Assembly (NCBI GenBank): GCA_051942205.1 | Contig: JAVECO010000002.1 | Location: 62,001-126,000, forward strand | Origin: Coniocarpon cinnabarinum | Lineage: Eukaryota | Direction: 5' to 3' | Length of the DNA stretch: 64,000 bases | Position numbers and translations under genes: made by a program | The notes under the pieces: generated by a model | What the model was told of the DNA's origin: nothing | Databases searched by the model: none | What the model saw: the letters and a program-made list of their open reading frames with translations, nothing else | Shown here: positions 50,080 to 61,382 of the stretch, piece after piece | Layout of the letters: each line of letters begins with the position of its first letter | How positions within the stretch are numbered: position 1 is the first letter of the stretch

Positions 50080-50809
50080 ATGTTCAATATGTTTACAACC
50101 GCCTCATCCTGCGGGGTACGTCTCCTCTTTACTTTGCCCCTGATCCCTTCCCCCGTATAGACACTTATCTCACCCATGCGTCCCCTGAAAACCCTCTGAA
50201 CCCCATCCCACCAGCCATCTGACCACCCTCAAAGGCCGTCCTAGGCACAAGCGTCGCCTGGCTCTTCGGCATGGCCGGTTCCGCCGGGGCTCTCGGTTTC
50301 TTTCTGGGTTCCACAATCGGCTACGCCGGTTCCGCACTGCTCTATCTCATTACAGTGCGTAGCAAGGCGTTTCGGGCACTGGAGTTGTATCCACGCCTGA
50401 TGCAACATCACTTGACTGACAACTTTCCGTTGGGCGGGTTTGAGAAGCTGAGGTTGGACCGTGAGCGGGATCGAAGGATCTTTCGAACGAACGTGGAGGG
50501 GAGTCTTTCTTTGCAGAGTATGCTTGCTAGTAGTTGGCATTCTGCTAGTGGAGGGATTGAGGTGAGTGAGAGTTGGTCACGGAGGTGGCTTTTAACAGGG
50601 TGTGGCGCCTTTGTGGGCAAAGGAGGGTGGCTGGGGGCTTGCTGGGGTATGAGCTGACTAGGTGCTAGCAAATTGAGGCGAGGAAGGAGTCGACGATCAT
50701 CAATCAATTGAGTATTGGCATACCCGGGGAAGAAGGGGATGCAGAGGAAGAGCCACCAGCAGATAAGGTTTCATTGCAGACAAGCTCAGAGCGGTGGCTT
50801 AATGCTTGA
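50080..50809 (+). CDS. Conserved-looking small fungal membrane protein (hypothetical); alternative start at 49880
   Basis: Exons 50080-50115, 50235-50561 and 50669-50809 (GTACGT and GTGAGT donors, CTGAC branch points) give MFNMFTTASSCGAVLGTSVAWLFG...ALELYPRLMQHHLTDNFP...SMLASSWHSA...QIEARKE. Confidence 0.65.
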
Positions 50810-50946
50810 AGGTGGCGTCATACCTTTCTTCTATTTTCGCTCGTACGAGGAATCTCAAAGTGGAAGAAAGTCCAAGCAACGGCGTAGGAGGACATTTGAT
50901 AATTCCAACAACAAAGAGGCTTCAGCATTTCTTTAATGGCATCAGA

Positions 50947-53900
50947 TCATCCGACCCACGCCCTGGCGCTCTTGAACATGCGCATCCACGGCCCAAAGTC
51001 GCCCCAGCCCTCTGTCTCCCTCGAGCCCAGCATCCCCATTGCCCCCGTCCTCCTCGCTTCCCTTCGCTTCGCTGTCTCTTTTCGCCTCGCAACTTCTACG
51101 TCCCATGGCCGCCAGCTCGCGCATTCGTTGATGATTGCCCGCTCAGGGTGCGGCATCATCGCCAACACTCGTCCATCTACGCTTCTGACTCCCGCGATGC
51201 CTAGTGGACTGCCATTCGGATTCGCTGGATACCGCTCTGTTGGTTGGATATTGTTGTCCGTGTACTGGAAGGGCACCAAACCACTGTCGATCAGTGATCT
51301 GGCGGCATCTTTGTCAGAAGCAAATCTTGCACTGCGGTCTTTGTGGTTCTTCCACGTGGCGCGACCTTCGGCGTGGGCGGTGGGCACTGGAATCGCACTG
51401 CCGTGCATACCCTTTAGAAATACACAGCTATCTCTCACTGCGCTACCGTCGCCACGTGAGCCGCTCGTCGGATTTGAAATGCCCAGCATGCATACTCTTG
51501 CCTCGTACCTCTCGCTGATGTTGTTCTCAAGCGTCGGCCAGTCATCCGCCCCCGGAATGATGCCTCGTAAATGCGTCAAGAACTGCGCGCCATTGCACAC
51601 ACCCAAGGAGAAAGTATCCGGCCGTTCAAAGAATGCTTTAAACATTGCAAGTATTTTCGGTTGCATCAACACGCCTGTCGCCCAGCCTCGACCTGCTCCG
51701 AGCACGTCGCCATATGAAAATCCGCCACACGCGGCCAGTCCTACGAACTCCGAGAGATCGGTATGTCCCTTCTCGAGATCAGTCATGTGCACGTCTTTGC
51801 ATGCGAAGCCGGCCTCATGGAATGCAAATGCCATCTCGGCAGCACCATTTGTGCCCTGCTCGCGTAAGACCGCGACTTTCGGCTGATCATTGAAAGGCGA
51901 GCGTAACGTGCTAAGCCAGGTACGCTGTTTGGCAAGGAGATCTTCACGCGGGTCAAACGTGAGTCGGTAGGAAAGACCAGCGTCAGAATCAGAGCGAACA
52001 TCGTCGTACTCGGCATCCGCACATGAGGGGTTGTCGCGGATGCGCTGTATGGCGTAGGAGGTGGAAGCCCAGTCCTGTTGCAGATCGGCGCGGGAACGTG
52101 AATACATGACTTGCGTGCCATGTAGTATCGTGAGATTTTGGTTGGAGGTAGGAGGGACACGGCCGATCTTCTTTAGAAGACCATGAGGTGGTCCGCAAGT
52201 GGCGAAGCAGCGCTGGAAGCGGATGCGGTCTTGCTTGCGGATTTGGAAGACGGCGCCGAGCTCTTCGTTGAACAGACTGCTGATAATGTCGCTGGTGGAT
52301 GTTCTGGGGCTGACGTCGTCAAGAGATACCTCAAGACCGCAACGCCCCGCGAACATCATCTCGGCGAGGGTGCGTAGGAGACCCCCGGATGAGCGAGTGT
52401 GATGCGCAAGAACGAGATCAGGTGAGTCATGCAGTTGCTCCATGGCGTCAAAGTAGTCCTTAAGTAGACCCTCATCGCGTACGTCAGGTGCAACATTACC
52501 TAGCTGAGAGAAAGTTTGTGCCAGAGCAGACCCACCCATTGCCTTTGTGCCCCAGTGACCGTTACGTTCTTCGGTGATAGAAAGGTCGACGAGATAGATG
52601 AGAGTCTCTTCGCCCACGTCTTCGTAGCGGCGCAGTTGTGGCGTGAAGGTGTGACTGTTGTTCCTGACTAAGCTAAAGGCTGTCGTGTACAGTGTCAGTG
52701 GGGCTGTGACAGACTTGTCCCCCTCCGTGTCTGTCCATTGCATCTTCATTGACATGGAGTCTTTCCCGACAGGAATACATATGCCCATCCGTTGACAAAA
52801 CTCTGAGACAGCTTGGACGGCTGTGTATAGATTCGCCCCCTCTCCTTCATGGTTGCAAGCCGCCATCCAATTAGCAGAGAGATGTACGCGGTTGAGTCGT
52901 TCTGCCAAATCGGCTGCTGATAGTTTCATCAGACACTCGGCCACAGCCATTCTTACAGACGCGCTGGGGTCGATAAGAGCCAGTGACGGCCGTAGACCGG
53001 TAGCCATGGCCTCTCCAGTCTCCACGCTGCGTTGCAGACATGTAGCAGTGACAGCAACGTCGGCGACAGGAATTTGCCATGGTCCTACCATCTGGTCACG
53101 TACTGTCAAGCCACCTACTGTACGGTCTCCAATGGTAATCATGAAAGCTCGCGAGGAAGCTGATGGTAAGTGAAGAACGCGACTGACTGCTTCAAACAAT
53201 GGACCTGGATTGTCTGGAATGTATGCCTTGAGACTGGCGTCGAATGAAGGCAACGGGGAGGTGATGCTTGTTACATTTCGTGTTACTTGAGGCGGTTTTC
53301 CGAAAAGTATGTCCATGTCAAGATCGATGGGTGTGGCAGCAATATCAGCGGAAGTGTTGGGAGCGGCGTTCTGTTTAGCGTCACGGTCTGTGAGGACAAG
53401 TTGATTGCTACCTGCAGCATTGACGGCTGTAGCTTTGCCTACAATTGAATAACCGCAGCGCTCGCGCTCAGCAATGTCCTTGAATCGACCCAAACGATCG
53501 TCTGCCACGGCAAGCACATAGCGTTCCTGAGCTTCGCAGCACCATATCTCCAAAGGTGACATGCCCTTATCAGCGTTGTCAATGTCGCGGAGCTCAAAAT
53601 CAGCGCCAAGCCCGTTGTCGTGAACAAGCTCGGTGAGAGCATTCGATAATCCACCCGCACCCACGTCGTGTATGGATGATATTGGGTTGAAGGTCTCATC
53701 TGCACACGAGTTGATGACCTCTTGTGCGCGTCTCTGCACTTCAGCATTTCCACGTTGGACGCTGTCGAAGTCCAAATGCTCGGCTCCTTCGCCAGACTGG
53801 ATGCTGGAAGCCGCACCCCCGCCGAGGCCAATACGCATGGCTGGTCCACCCATGACGATTAGATTGTCACCTGGCTTGACAAGGCCCTGTTGCTTCAGTG

Positions 53901-55242
53901 CGTTGCGAGATCTGACCGTTCCCATACCCCCTGCAAGCATGACGGGTTTGTGATATCCTCTGACGCTTGTCTTGGGTTTTGCTGGCGGCATTTCTTGGAG
54001 TAAGGTATAGAAATCAGTCACAAGACACGGCCTGCCAAATTCGTTGTTGTAGTCGGAACTGCCCAGAGGACCATCAATCATAATGTCTAAGCTGCTGGAT
54101 ATGTGGTTTGGCTTTCCTATGTCCGTCTCCCATGACTGGCGATGGCCTGGAATCAAGAGGTCCGACACACAGAAACCACAAAGACCAGCTTTAGGTCTGG
54201 ATCCTTGCCCTACTGAGCCTTCGTCCCTAATCTCGCCCCCACAGCCAGTGGCAGCGCCTGGATAAGGCGACACAGCAGTAGGATGGTTATGCGTTTCGAC
54301 TTTACCAATGTAATGCACGACCTCCTTTGACTGGGTCCACATGTTCGTCAGCACCTGTGGGGCCCAGTTCGAGGATTGAGGATCTATCGATCCTTCAAAT
54401 ACTGCTGCATTGTCACTGTACGCACTGATGACATGTTCCGATCTACGCTGATAGGTCCTTTTGATCCACTCAAAAAGCGACCTGTCCTGTTCAGACCCGT
54501 CCACTGTCCATTTCGCGTTGAACTGCTTGTGCCTACAGTGCTCAGAGTTTACTTGCGCGAACATATAGAGCTCTACATCCGTAGGATCTCTTCGCAATTG
54601 GTTACAATAAGCATCAACAAGGTAATCTACCTCTGATTGATCAAGAGCTAAGCCCAGCTCCCGGTTGGCAGATTGCAATATCTCAGAAGCATTCGCACCT
54701 GCGTTCTCGGTGATTGGAAAAGTTCTGAGAGATGCGGAGGTATTGATGATGAATTCCAAATCGTCGAGATTATCCAAGACTTGCTGTGTCATTCGGTCAT
54801 GTAGTTTTGACTTTGCATCTTTTATGTCTTCGGCGTTTGGCACGCCTGTGAATTTTACTAGATACGCAACGCCCCTTTCTATTCGCTCAATCTGCGAAAG
54901 ACCTCGACTTTGAGCAATCCATGTTGCTTGTGAGCTCCAAGGGGAGATTGTGCCTAATCGCGGCACGATATAAAACACACGACTTGCCTCGTCAAGTTCT
55001 GTTTCTTTATTGGATAACTTATCCAACAACGTCTGCGCAGGATTGCCAGCTTTCGTGGCTGGAATCCCATGATCAAGCAATGTCTGCAGCGACGATAGAT
55101 CATCTGCAGAGAGCTTGGCTGGGTACTTCGTGTAGAAGAATTCAATCCCACAAACTGCGTGCGCCCCAAGTTCATTGGCGACCTTCAAAGCCGTCGCCGT
55201 AGAAGTTGCTAAAGAACCAGGTATAATGTGAGAGGGCTTCAT
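50947..55242 (-). CDS. ADE6: Phosphoribosylformylglycinamidine synthase (large PurL / FGAMS)
   Basis: [75 protein letters not shown], glutaminase GVCNG and MMPHPER. Intronless. Confidence 0.98.
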   Translation of the reverse strand: MKPSHIIPGSLATSTATALKVANELGAHAVCGIEFFYTKYPAKLSADDLSSLQTLLDHGIPATKAGNPAQTLLDKLSNKETELDEASRVFYIVPRLGTISPWSSQATWIAQSRGLSQIERIERGVAYLVKFTGVPNAEDIKDAKSKLHDRMTQQVLDNLDDLEFIINTSASLRTFPITENAGANASEILQSANRELGLALDQSEVDYLVDAYCNQLRRDPTDVELYMFAQVNSEHCRHKQFNAKWTVDGSEQDRSLFEWIKRTYQRRSEHVISAYSDNAAVFEGSIDPQSSNWAPQVLTNMWTQSKEVVHYIGKVETHNHPTAVSPYPGAATGCGGEIRDEGSVGQGSRPKAGLCGFCVSDLLIPGHRQSWETDIGKPNHISSSLDIMIDGPLGSSDYNNEFGRPCLVTDFYTLLQEMPPAKPKTSVRGYHKPVMLAGGMGTVRSRNALKQQGLVKPGDNLIVMGGPAMRIGLGGGAASSIQSGEGAEHLDFDSVQRGNAEVQRRAQEVINSCADETFNPISSIHDVGAGGLSNALTELVHDNGLGADFELRDIDNADKGMSPLEIWCCEAQERYVLAVADDRLGRFKDIAERERCGYSIVGKATAVNAAGSNQLVLTDRDAKQNAAPNTSADIAATPIDLDMDILFGKPPQVTRNVTSITSPLPSFDASLKAYIPDNPGPLFEAVSRVLHLPSASSRAFMITIGDRTVGGLTVRDQMVGPWQIPVADVAVTATCLQRSVETGEAMATGLRPSLALIDPSASVRMAVAECLMKLSAADLAERLNRVHLSANWMAACNHEGEGANLYTAVQAVSEFCQRMGICIPVGKDSMSMKMQWTDTEGDKSVTAPLTLYTTAFSLVRNNSHTFTPQLRRYEDVGEETLIYLVDLSITEERNGHWGTKAMGGSALAQTFSQLGNVAPDVRDEGLLKDYFDAMEQLHDSPDLVLAHHTRSSGGLLRTLAEMMFAGRCGLEVSLDDVSPRTSTSDIISSLFNEELGAVFQIRKQDRIRFQRCFATCGPPHGLLKKIGRVPPTSNQNLTILHGTQVMYSRSRADLQQDWASTSYAIQRIRDNPSCADAEYDDVRSDSDAGLSYRLTFDPREDLLAKQRTWLSTLRSPFNDQPKVAVLREQGTNGAAEMAFAFHEAGFACKDVHMTDLEKGHTDLSEFVGLAACGGFSYGDVLGAGRGWATGVLMQPKILAMFKAFFERPDTFSLGVCNGAQFLTHLRGIIPGADDWPTLENNISERYEARVCMLGISNPTSGSRGDGSAVRDSCVFLKGMHGSAIPVPTAHAEGRATWKNHKDRSARFASDKDAARSLIDSGLVPFQYTDNNIQPTERYPANPNGSPLGIAGVRSVDGRVLAMMPHPERAIINECASWRPWDVEVARRKETAKRREARRTGAMGMLGSRETEGWGDFGPWMRMFKSARAWVG

Positions 55243-55799
55243 TGCTCGCTCAAAGGAGCGAGATGCCCTCTCGCAAATGGTCCAGAGCTGGGTGGTGCGT
55301 TCTGTTAGCAATCACTTCACTTTGGCCGCCCACGGAGGTCTGCATGAGCAGGCCTACACGACTGATAAATATCGCTGCGAGATTCTAGCGCCTTGTAAAG
55401 TCATGTCAATACCTGAGACAAGGCACCGCTATTATGGAGCAGACCGTGCGGGGCAACAAACGCAGAGCAAATATAGCCGCATTCCACAAGTGATAAATTC
55501 TTCGGACTGACGCGCATCGCGCAGTAAAGTCAATAATACTTGCTACCGATTTGGTGGTTGAGGTTGAATATGTCCTTTGATGTACGATAAAATCGATACG
55601 TGGCGGTATACCTACTGATATGTCTTTTTGAAAATCGTTCCTCAGATCTCTGCTGGGGAGAGAGAGCCCAGCGGAGGTCCTGAAGAACAACAAGCTCATA
55701 AGAACCGTTGGTGATGACCGAGAGGGGATGCCACTCGTTTTCAACGTACCTACAAAGGTACCTAGTCAATGCTGTACAGTCACAGATGCTGCACGCCGC

Positions 55800-57450
55800 T
55801 TAGTGTTGTGCCCTGGTATCACTTTTCTCATTCCTCGACTCTGTAGGATGTGCGTCTTGCTCACGCTCCGACTTCTTCCTTCCCATACTATCCAACCAGC
55901 GTTCCGCGCTGCAGATGGTGCTTTCCACGACACCACCGACTTGATCCATCATGTCTAACCCTTCAATCGCGAACTCAACCATGCGGTTGCCACTACCAAT
56001 CGTGTCTTCCTCCCCACTTCCAGGGGGACCCCCAGTGCGAGTGACAGCCCGCTGCCAGCGCTGCGGAACGCTCATCAGTTGCCATCTTACGACGACGCTG
56101 GCGTTCTCAGGCAAGGCGCCTCCTGTGTAACGTGAAACAGTATTGACCACATTCTTCAAGGTATTCCAAATTTCTGCATTCAACTGCTTGATCCGTTGCG
56201 CAATAAGGTCAGGTGTGTCTCGCTCAGCCGGCGCATCTGTCATGACCGCATCACCGTCTTTCTCGTTCTTACCGCGACCTTCTTCAAGGCTGTGGCCTGA
56301 ACTTGAAGAAGCATTGTAGTCTTCTAACAAACGTTTCAATGCTTCGACGAGATAGCGAACGTGCTTGTTAGCGCCATTAAGAATGTTGAGGCAGAATTTC
56401 AGCGACCGCAAAGCGTTTTCGTTCAAAGCAGCGCCAAGACCTGATGTCGAGATCATGAGTTGCGTACTCCAAGATCTTGAGACTGCACTCGGGCGCATCG
56501 CAAGTTCGGCATGTGGAGATGCTTCTGGTGCCTCAGGATTACTCTCCTCATAAGCGGGGGAGCGATTTTCGTCGTAGAGCGGAAGACTGTCGACGCTTGC
56601 ACCGCTAGCTTTGCGTACTGGCTGATGTGCCGTGGAAGTGAGGCCTCTCGCTGTTTCCGCATCAAGGATCTTTGTGTCAATGCGCTTAGCAGGATCATTG
56701 GTGGAGCTGGAGGGTTGTCGAGCATCCAAATAGCGCCTTATACTTCCCTCAACGCCTGTCCTGCGGCCAACAGTACCGACTGTGTTCTCGACCAAATTTG
56801 CACCATACTGTACTATTCTGGGCGAGTATAATTTCGATGCCGTGTAAGCTGAGGACGAGACTGATAGTGTGCCGCCTAGCCATGGATGTGAGGATGTAAG
56901 AAGAGCTAACAACGGCTCCGGTTGTGAAGCAGATCCCGGCGACGTGTGCTCAATTCCGATGGGGTAATACTGCAGCGGTGTCTCAAAGCCGGTGAGCTTC
57001 GGTGGCGTCTGAGGAGTAGAGCCTGATGCAATGTCAGTTTTGCTCCTTCTCTATCAGAAGGTACGAACCTGGCGACCGTGGCTTGTGCTGTTGTGCCTTA
57101 CCGAGACCCAATAGAGCTTCTGCAGCTGTTCTATCATCCGAGTCCGCCAGCCTCAGGTCTGAGTCTGACTTGGGTATAGCATGTCTGACAGCAGACGTTT
57201 GCGCGCCGGGGTCGTGGGAGGGGACTTGTGGTAGGTCTTTAAGAATACTCGATTCGAGCTTCTCTTGCTGAGGCTGCTGATGAGGTGTTCTTTCTCTGTC
57301 ACGCGGAGTTTCTCGAGTTGGCAACTTCTGATACCGGTGAAGCTCAGTAGATGGGGACGAAACGAGATCAGGGGTGGTGGTCGTTGGGACCTTTGGTAGG
57401 TCAAGCGAGCTCGAGACCGGCGCGTATGGAGGGGGTTTTTCCTGCTCCAT
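55800..57450 (-). CDS. OPI1: Opi1-family transcriptional regulator (CCG-8-like), 2 exons
   Basis: AAEALLGL, SSAYTASKLYSPRIVQYGANLVE, LPLYDENRSPAYEE, WSTQLMISTSGLGAAL...SLKFCL and VVNTVSRYTGGALPENA...QLMSVPQRW. Intron GTAAGG (~57100) to CAG (~57023). Confidence 0.85.
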
Positions 57451-57675
57451 CAGATGCTCGCACACAAGCGGGAAACCTTTCGAGCAACAAAGACTCAGGC
57501 TAACAAGATCATGAAAGCATCATGATGAGGTGAAGGGAGTGGCTGTAACCTTTGAGGCAAGAGAGACGTGACACGAATGTGCCGCGGAAATGACAACAGT
57601 GCCATACACATACTAATACTATGGACTCGAGTAAGATATCCTGCGCTTGGAGAAGGGGGAATGGCTGACAGATAG

Positions 57676-57772
57676 CATGTGATCACATGTGAAACCGAAT
57701 CTCTTCCTGCGCGCCTTATTATCGAGGTTTCAAATTTGCTGCGGAGTAAAGTCCGGCACAATCACGTGAAAG
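57676..57772. promoter_or_regulatory. UAS-INO/ICRE-like bHLH sites upstream of the OPI1-like gene
   Basis: CATGTGA at 57676, CATGTGAAAC at 57686 (within palindrome TCACATGTGA) and CACGTGAAAG at 57763, ~230-320 bp upstream of the ATG. Confidence 0.5.
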
Positions 57773-59197
57773 CTTGTTGCCATGCGACTTACCTCACTTG
57801 ACATCACTATGAAATGACTACCGTGCGACATAGGATCCATAAGATGGCGCGCGTCTCTCACTACCTATCATACATGATTCTTTTACGTATGTTTGCTACG
57901 GGAATACATATGGCTGTCATTTTATGGATGATAGCAGGAGCGACAATTGGTTAGCATTCCGTGGGCTCGTAAACAGGTTATAGTGGGTTGACGTCTGGGT
58001 CGCGTCTGGAGTGCCTGGTCGGGCCGGATCTAATTAATTGACACTTCTAGAGCGGAGCGACCCGATACCGAGGTGCCACGGATGCTTAGCTGATCCACAG
58101 TATTTGCGAGAATCCCGAGCGCTGTACCACTGTAGGCGTCGATCGAGACTTCTTGTAGCTTCAAGAATGCTAAGACTTCATGGGTATTTAACGCAATTCT
58201 GCCTGGAGCGGCCAAAGGCGCACTGGCTCGAATTTGATTCTGTTCGTAATTCTGTGACGTTCATCCTCTGTGACATTTGCTATCGCTTGCATCCATGGAG
58301 TAGACCATGTTGTGAGTAGCTAATGACACAACCTGCTTGCATTGCTACCTCCCACGATATGCACTGGTCACGACTCTGGTAATTCAGCTATAGCTGCGTT
58401 TCGCAACTCGACTTGTCGATTTATCCATTCACTACATACGTCCACATGCTGCCAGTTGAAACAATGAGTTTCCAGGGGTACTGTCACAAATCATAGGAAA
58501 ATCATGGTCTTAGCTCGGCTTAGCTTGACTCGAGCCGGTTGAAGACTGTGACACGCGCTTGATAGACTTGGCATGCTGACTACAAAGTTCCGGAGTATGA
58601 TGCGCAACTTTGCTGGAGGCCTACCCTCATGAAAGGTCCTGGTATCAGGCATATACGCGCAAAAGCTGCTGTGGCATTCCGTTTGGCAGGCACTCATGAA
58701 ACAGTCAATCTATATTTTCTTTCTAAATCTCCCAAAGTGGTTCCAATTCATTGTGGTCTTCGTATGAAAGAAGCTCAATCACAGACATAGGTCACAAATG
58801 GGCACGAGGTACTTGAAAAAGCGGGAATGAGTATTTGCAAACACTGCAGATCGTGCTGCGGTATGCGTCTCCATAGCAAGGTGACCTAGTCACGCTAATA
58901 TTAGCAGGAAGTAATTGCTTAAGAATCACCAGCCGCGCCCCGCCACGGTCTCAATCAGTGCATGAAATCTGGAAATATGCAAACACTTCTGGTGTGTGTG
59001 GTTCCCGCAGCATTGCAAAGCCCTGGTACATTTGAGGGACTGTAATCAAACATCTAAGGCAGAATGTAAGGCAAGAATCGCCGAGTGAAGCTCAAGCAAG
59101 TTCTCGGCCGAGAAGCTTCCGGTATCTCCGACAACACAGACGCGTCTCAAAGGTCGCGATCCTTGACTCTATTGCTCCACCACCGCAAACCAACGGG

Positions 59198-60883
59198 ATG
59201 GTTCTCAGTGAAGACTTGCGAGCAAAGCTCTCTAGATGCTTGCCTGTCGGTCATGGCTTTCATTTCTATCACGTATCCACTGCTCCTACCTTAACGTGCG
59301 CCCTCTATACTCCCCCTCGAGGCTGCCCGCCCGAAAAGACATACTGCGAGTCGCACCTGCTGCTTCTCTCTCAGAACGTGAAACGTGAAACGGCGAGCTA
59401 CTCGATAGCCTTGTTCGCCCTTGAGATCCACATTTATACAACAGCGCAGCTGACAACTGTCTTCATCTCAAAGGCCGACTCCACAGGCTTTGCCTTTGCT
59501 CTACCATCCACCGGGTTCTCGATTCTTCGCGCGATCACCCGGCACTTCATATCTGACTTGATCAGATCGCGACACCGACCCGATAGACGCCTCGTAATCA
59601 CCCTTTTCGCTCGAGCTCAAGATCAATACCTCTTTCCTGGCAGTGCCGAAAATCAGTCCAAGCACATACTCAATGACCGCCAGCTCGTGCGTTGGTGGTG
59701 TCGCACTCTCGATCCAGTTCTGCGCGAGTACTCTGTTGAATTGGGTGACTGCGGCACATCTCCAGAGATACTGTCCAAGGCTTATCTTATTGTTCCGGGG
59801 CACGATGCTCGAGAGACCAGGTCTTTCTATCCGTCAACAGTAAGCGCCGATACTTCAGACTTACCACGCTGGCACAATGCTCATCCTTTGAACGCCATTG
59901 CACCTTATGATGCCCACTCAACTGCCCCGCGGAGCTTGATACCGCATTTTCCAGACGACCCCAAATCACGCTTTCTTCTCGACCTTGATGATGAGATCGC
60001 CGACGCCCCTGCCACACAATCACAGGGCCATGAAGAACACGAGAGCTCGCAGCAACCATCCCCCAGCAAGCGCGGTGCCGGGATGTGGAAGAGTGTCAAA
60101 AGCATCGAACAATTTTGGGAGATGATGGCTTTCAGGCAAGAATGCGCGAGTGGGCGATTGGTGGGGTTTCTATGGATGACATTCACGCCAAGAAACCTTG
60201 TCGGCGTGCCTTCAGCGGAGCATGGGACATCTTGTGGCGACCTTGCCTCACCAAGCCTTCGTCCCGCCAAGCGTAAGAGAGAAGCAGAAGCAGAAGCAGA
60301 GACCAGCATTGAGAAGAAGAAGAAGAGGAAGAAGCAAAGTCTGGGGCGAAAGAATACCCGGAGATTGCAGGACATAATAGTATCCCGAGAGCCTCGCGTC
60401 AAAACAGCCGCAAGCTTGCAACAAAGGGTGCCAGAGAAGACTGAGGACTTTTACTGGCCGCTGAGTCGTCGAGGAGACCTTGTGGTGAGCGAGAAAGCAT
60501 ATGATCGCATTCATGAGATTCTCTTGCGGCTGGATTTTGCTGGCTACGACACTGCGCGTGACAGCACGATGAAATGGGTTCGCGAAACTGCGATAATAGC
60601 AGGCCGCAAGCCCCATGAAAATTGGGGTGTATCGATTCCAGGTGCAGCGGATGTGACTGATCCTATTCCGCCAACTGCTACTGGAAAAAGTGATGAGATG
60701 CCGAATGCCCATTCACCTTCAGAGGCGCTGAATTCTCAAATCGAGACGCTTACTGCAAGGGCACCGGCTGTGAACAAACTTGACCATAACTTTGTGCGCA
60801 AAAAGTCGAAAACCGTGCCTGATTCAGCAGAAAAAGTAAATATTCTTAGGTCTGGTATGATTCGCAAGAAGTCGAAGGTGTAG
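59198..60883 (+). CDS. RTT109: Histone H3K56 acetyltransferase Rtt109
   Basis: VFISKADSTG, LFARAQDQYLFPGSAENQSKHILNDRQLVRWW, IPHFPDDPKSRFL and FWEMMAFRQECASGRLVGF. Confidence 0.95.
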   Translation: MVLSEDLRAKLSRCLPVGHGFHFYHVSTAPTLTCALYTPPRGCPPEKTYCESHLLLLSQNVKRETASYSIALFALEIHIYTTAQLTTVFISKADSTGFAFALPSTGFSILRAITRHFISDLIRSRHRPDRRLVITLFARAQDQYLFPGSAENQSKHILNDRQLVRWWCRTLDPVLREYSVELGDCGTSPEILSKAYLIVPGHDARETRSFYPSTVSADTSDLPRWHNAHPLNAIAPYDAHSTAPRSLIPHFPDDPKSRFLLDLDDEIADAPATQSQGHEEHESSQQPSPSKRGAGMWKSVKSIEQFWEMMAFRQECASGRLVGFLWMTFTPRNLVGVPSAEHGTSCGDLASPSLRPAKRKREAEAEAETSIEKKKKRKKQSLGRKNTRRLQDIIVSREPRVKTAASLQQRVPEKTEDFYWPLSRRGDLVVSEKAYDRIHEILLRLDFAGYDTARDSTMKWVRETAIIAGRKPHENWGVSIPGAADVTDPIPPTATGKSDEMPNAHSPSEALNSQIETLTARAPAVNKLDHNFVRKKSKTVPDSAEKVNILRSGMIRKKSKV

Positions 60884-61382
60884 GATTTTGGACCATCTAT
60901 GGCTTTTTTGACTCTCTGAACATCCTTGAGCAAAGCATGGGAGGCACTCTTTAGATTTTGATAAACGCATTGAAGCGTATCCAGGTTAATGCGACTAGTT
61001 TTATGTCTGCGCCCTTGGACAAAGCTATCCCTTGCATGATGCTTTGCTGCACTGAAGAAGTTGCCATGTTCTATGATGCCCACATGTAAGTCCGCTTGGT
61101 AATGACATCTGATTACAGAATTACGAAATGGAGCTTCGCATCATCCATTATCTCTGTAGATTTCTTCCCACAACTTTGGAAAGAGGATGGACAGCTCTCC
61201 AGTTTGAGCCATCGAGCGTGATGCATTTGCATTCCTCACGATCTTTTGCGCATTTTGGACTTGCAACGCCTCAGGTCTAATCTCTCATAATGCCAAGGTA
61301 TCAGTCGCAACGTCTCGCGTACTATCTAACCGGGGAATTGGTTGACAGGGAAGTTAGCTGTTTTGAAAGCACTAGGTAGAGC

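Noticed and set aside
50936..51886. 316-aa plus-strand ORF and other long antisense ORFs (e.g. 20578-21186, 34994-35584)
   Set aside because: They are shadows of real genes on the opposite strand and have no independent motifs.
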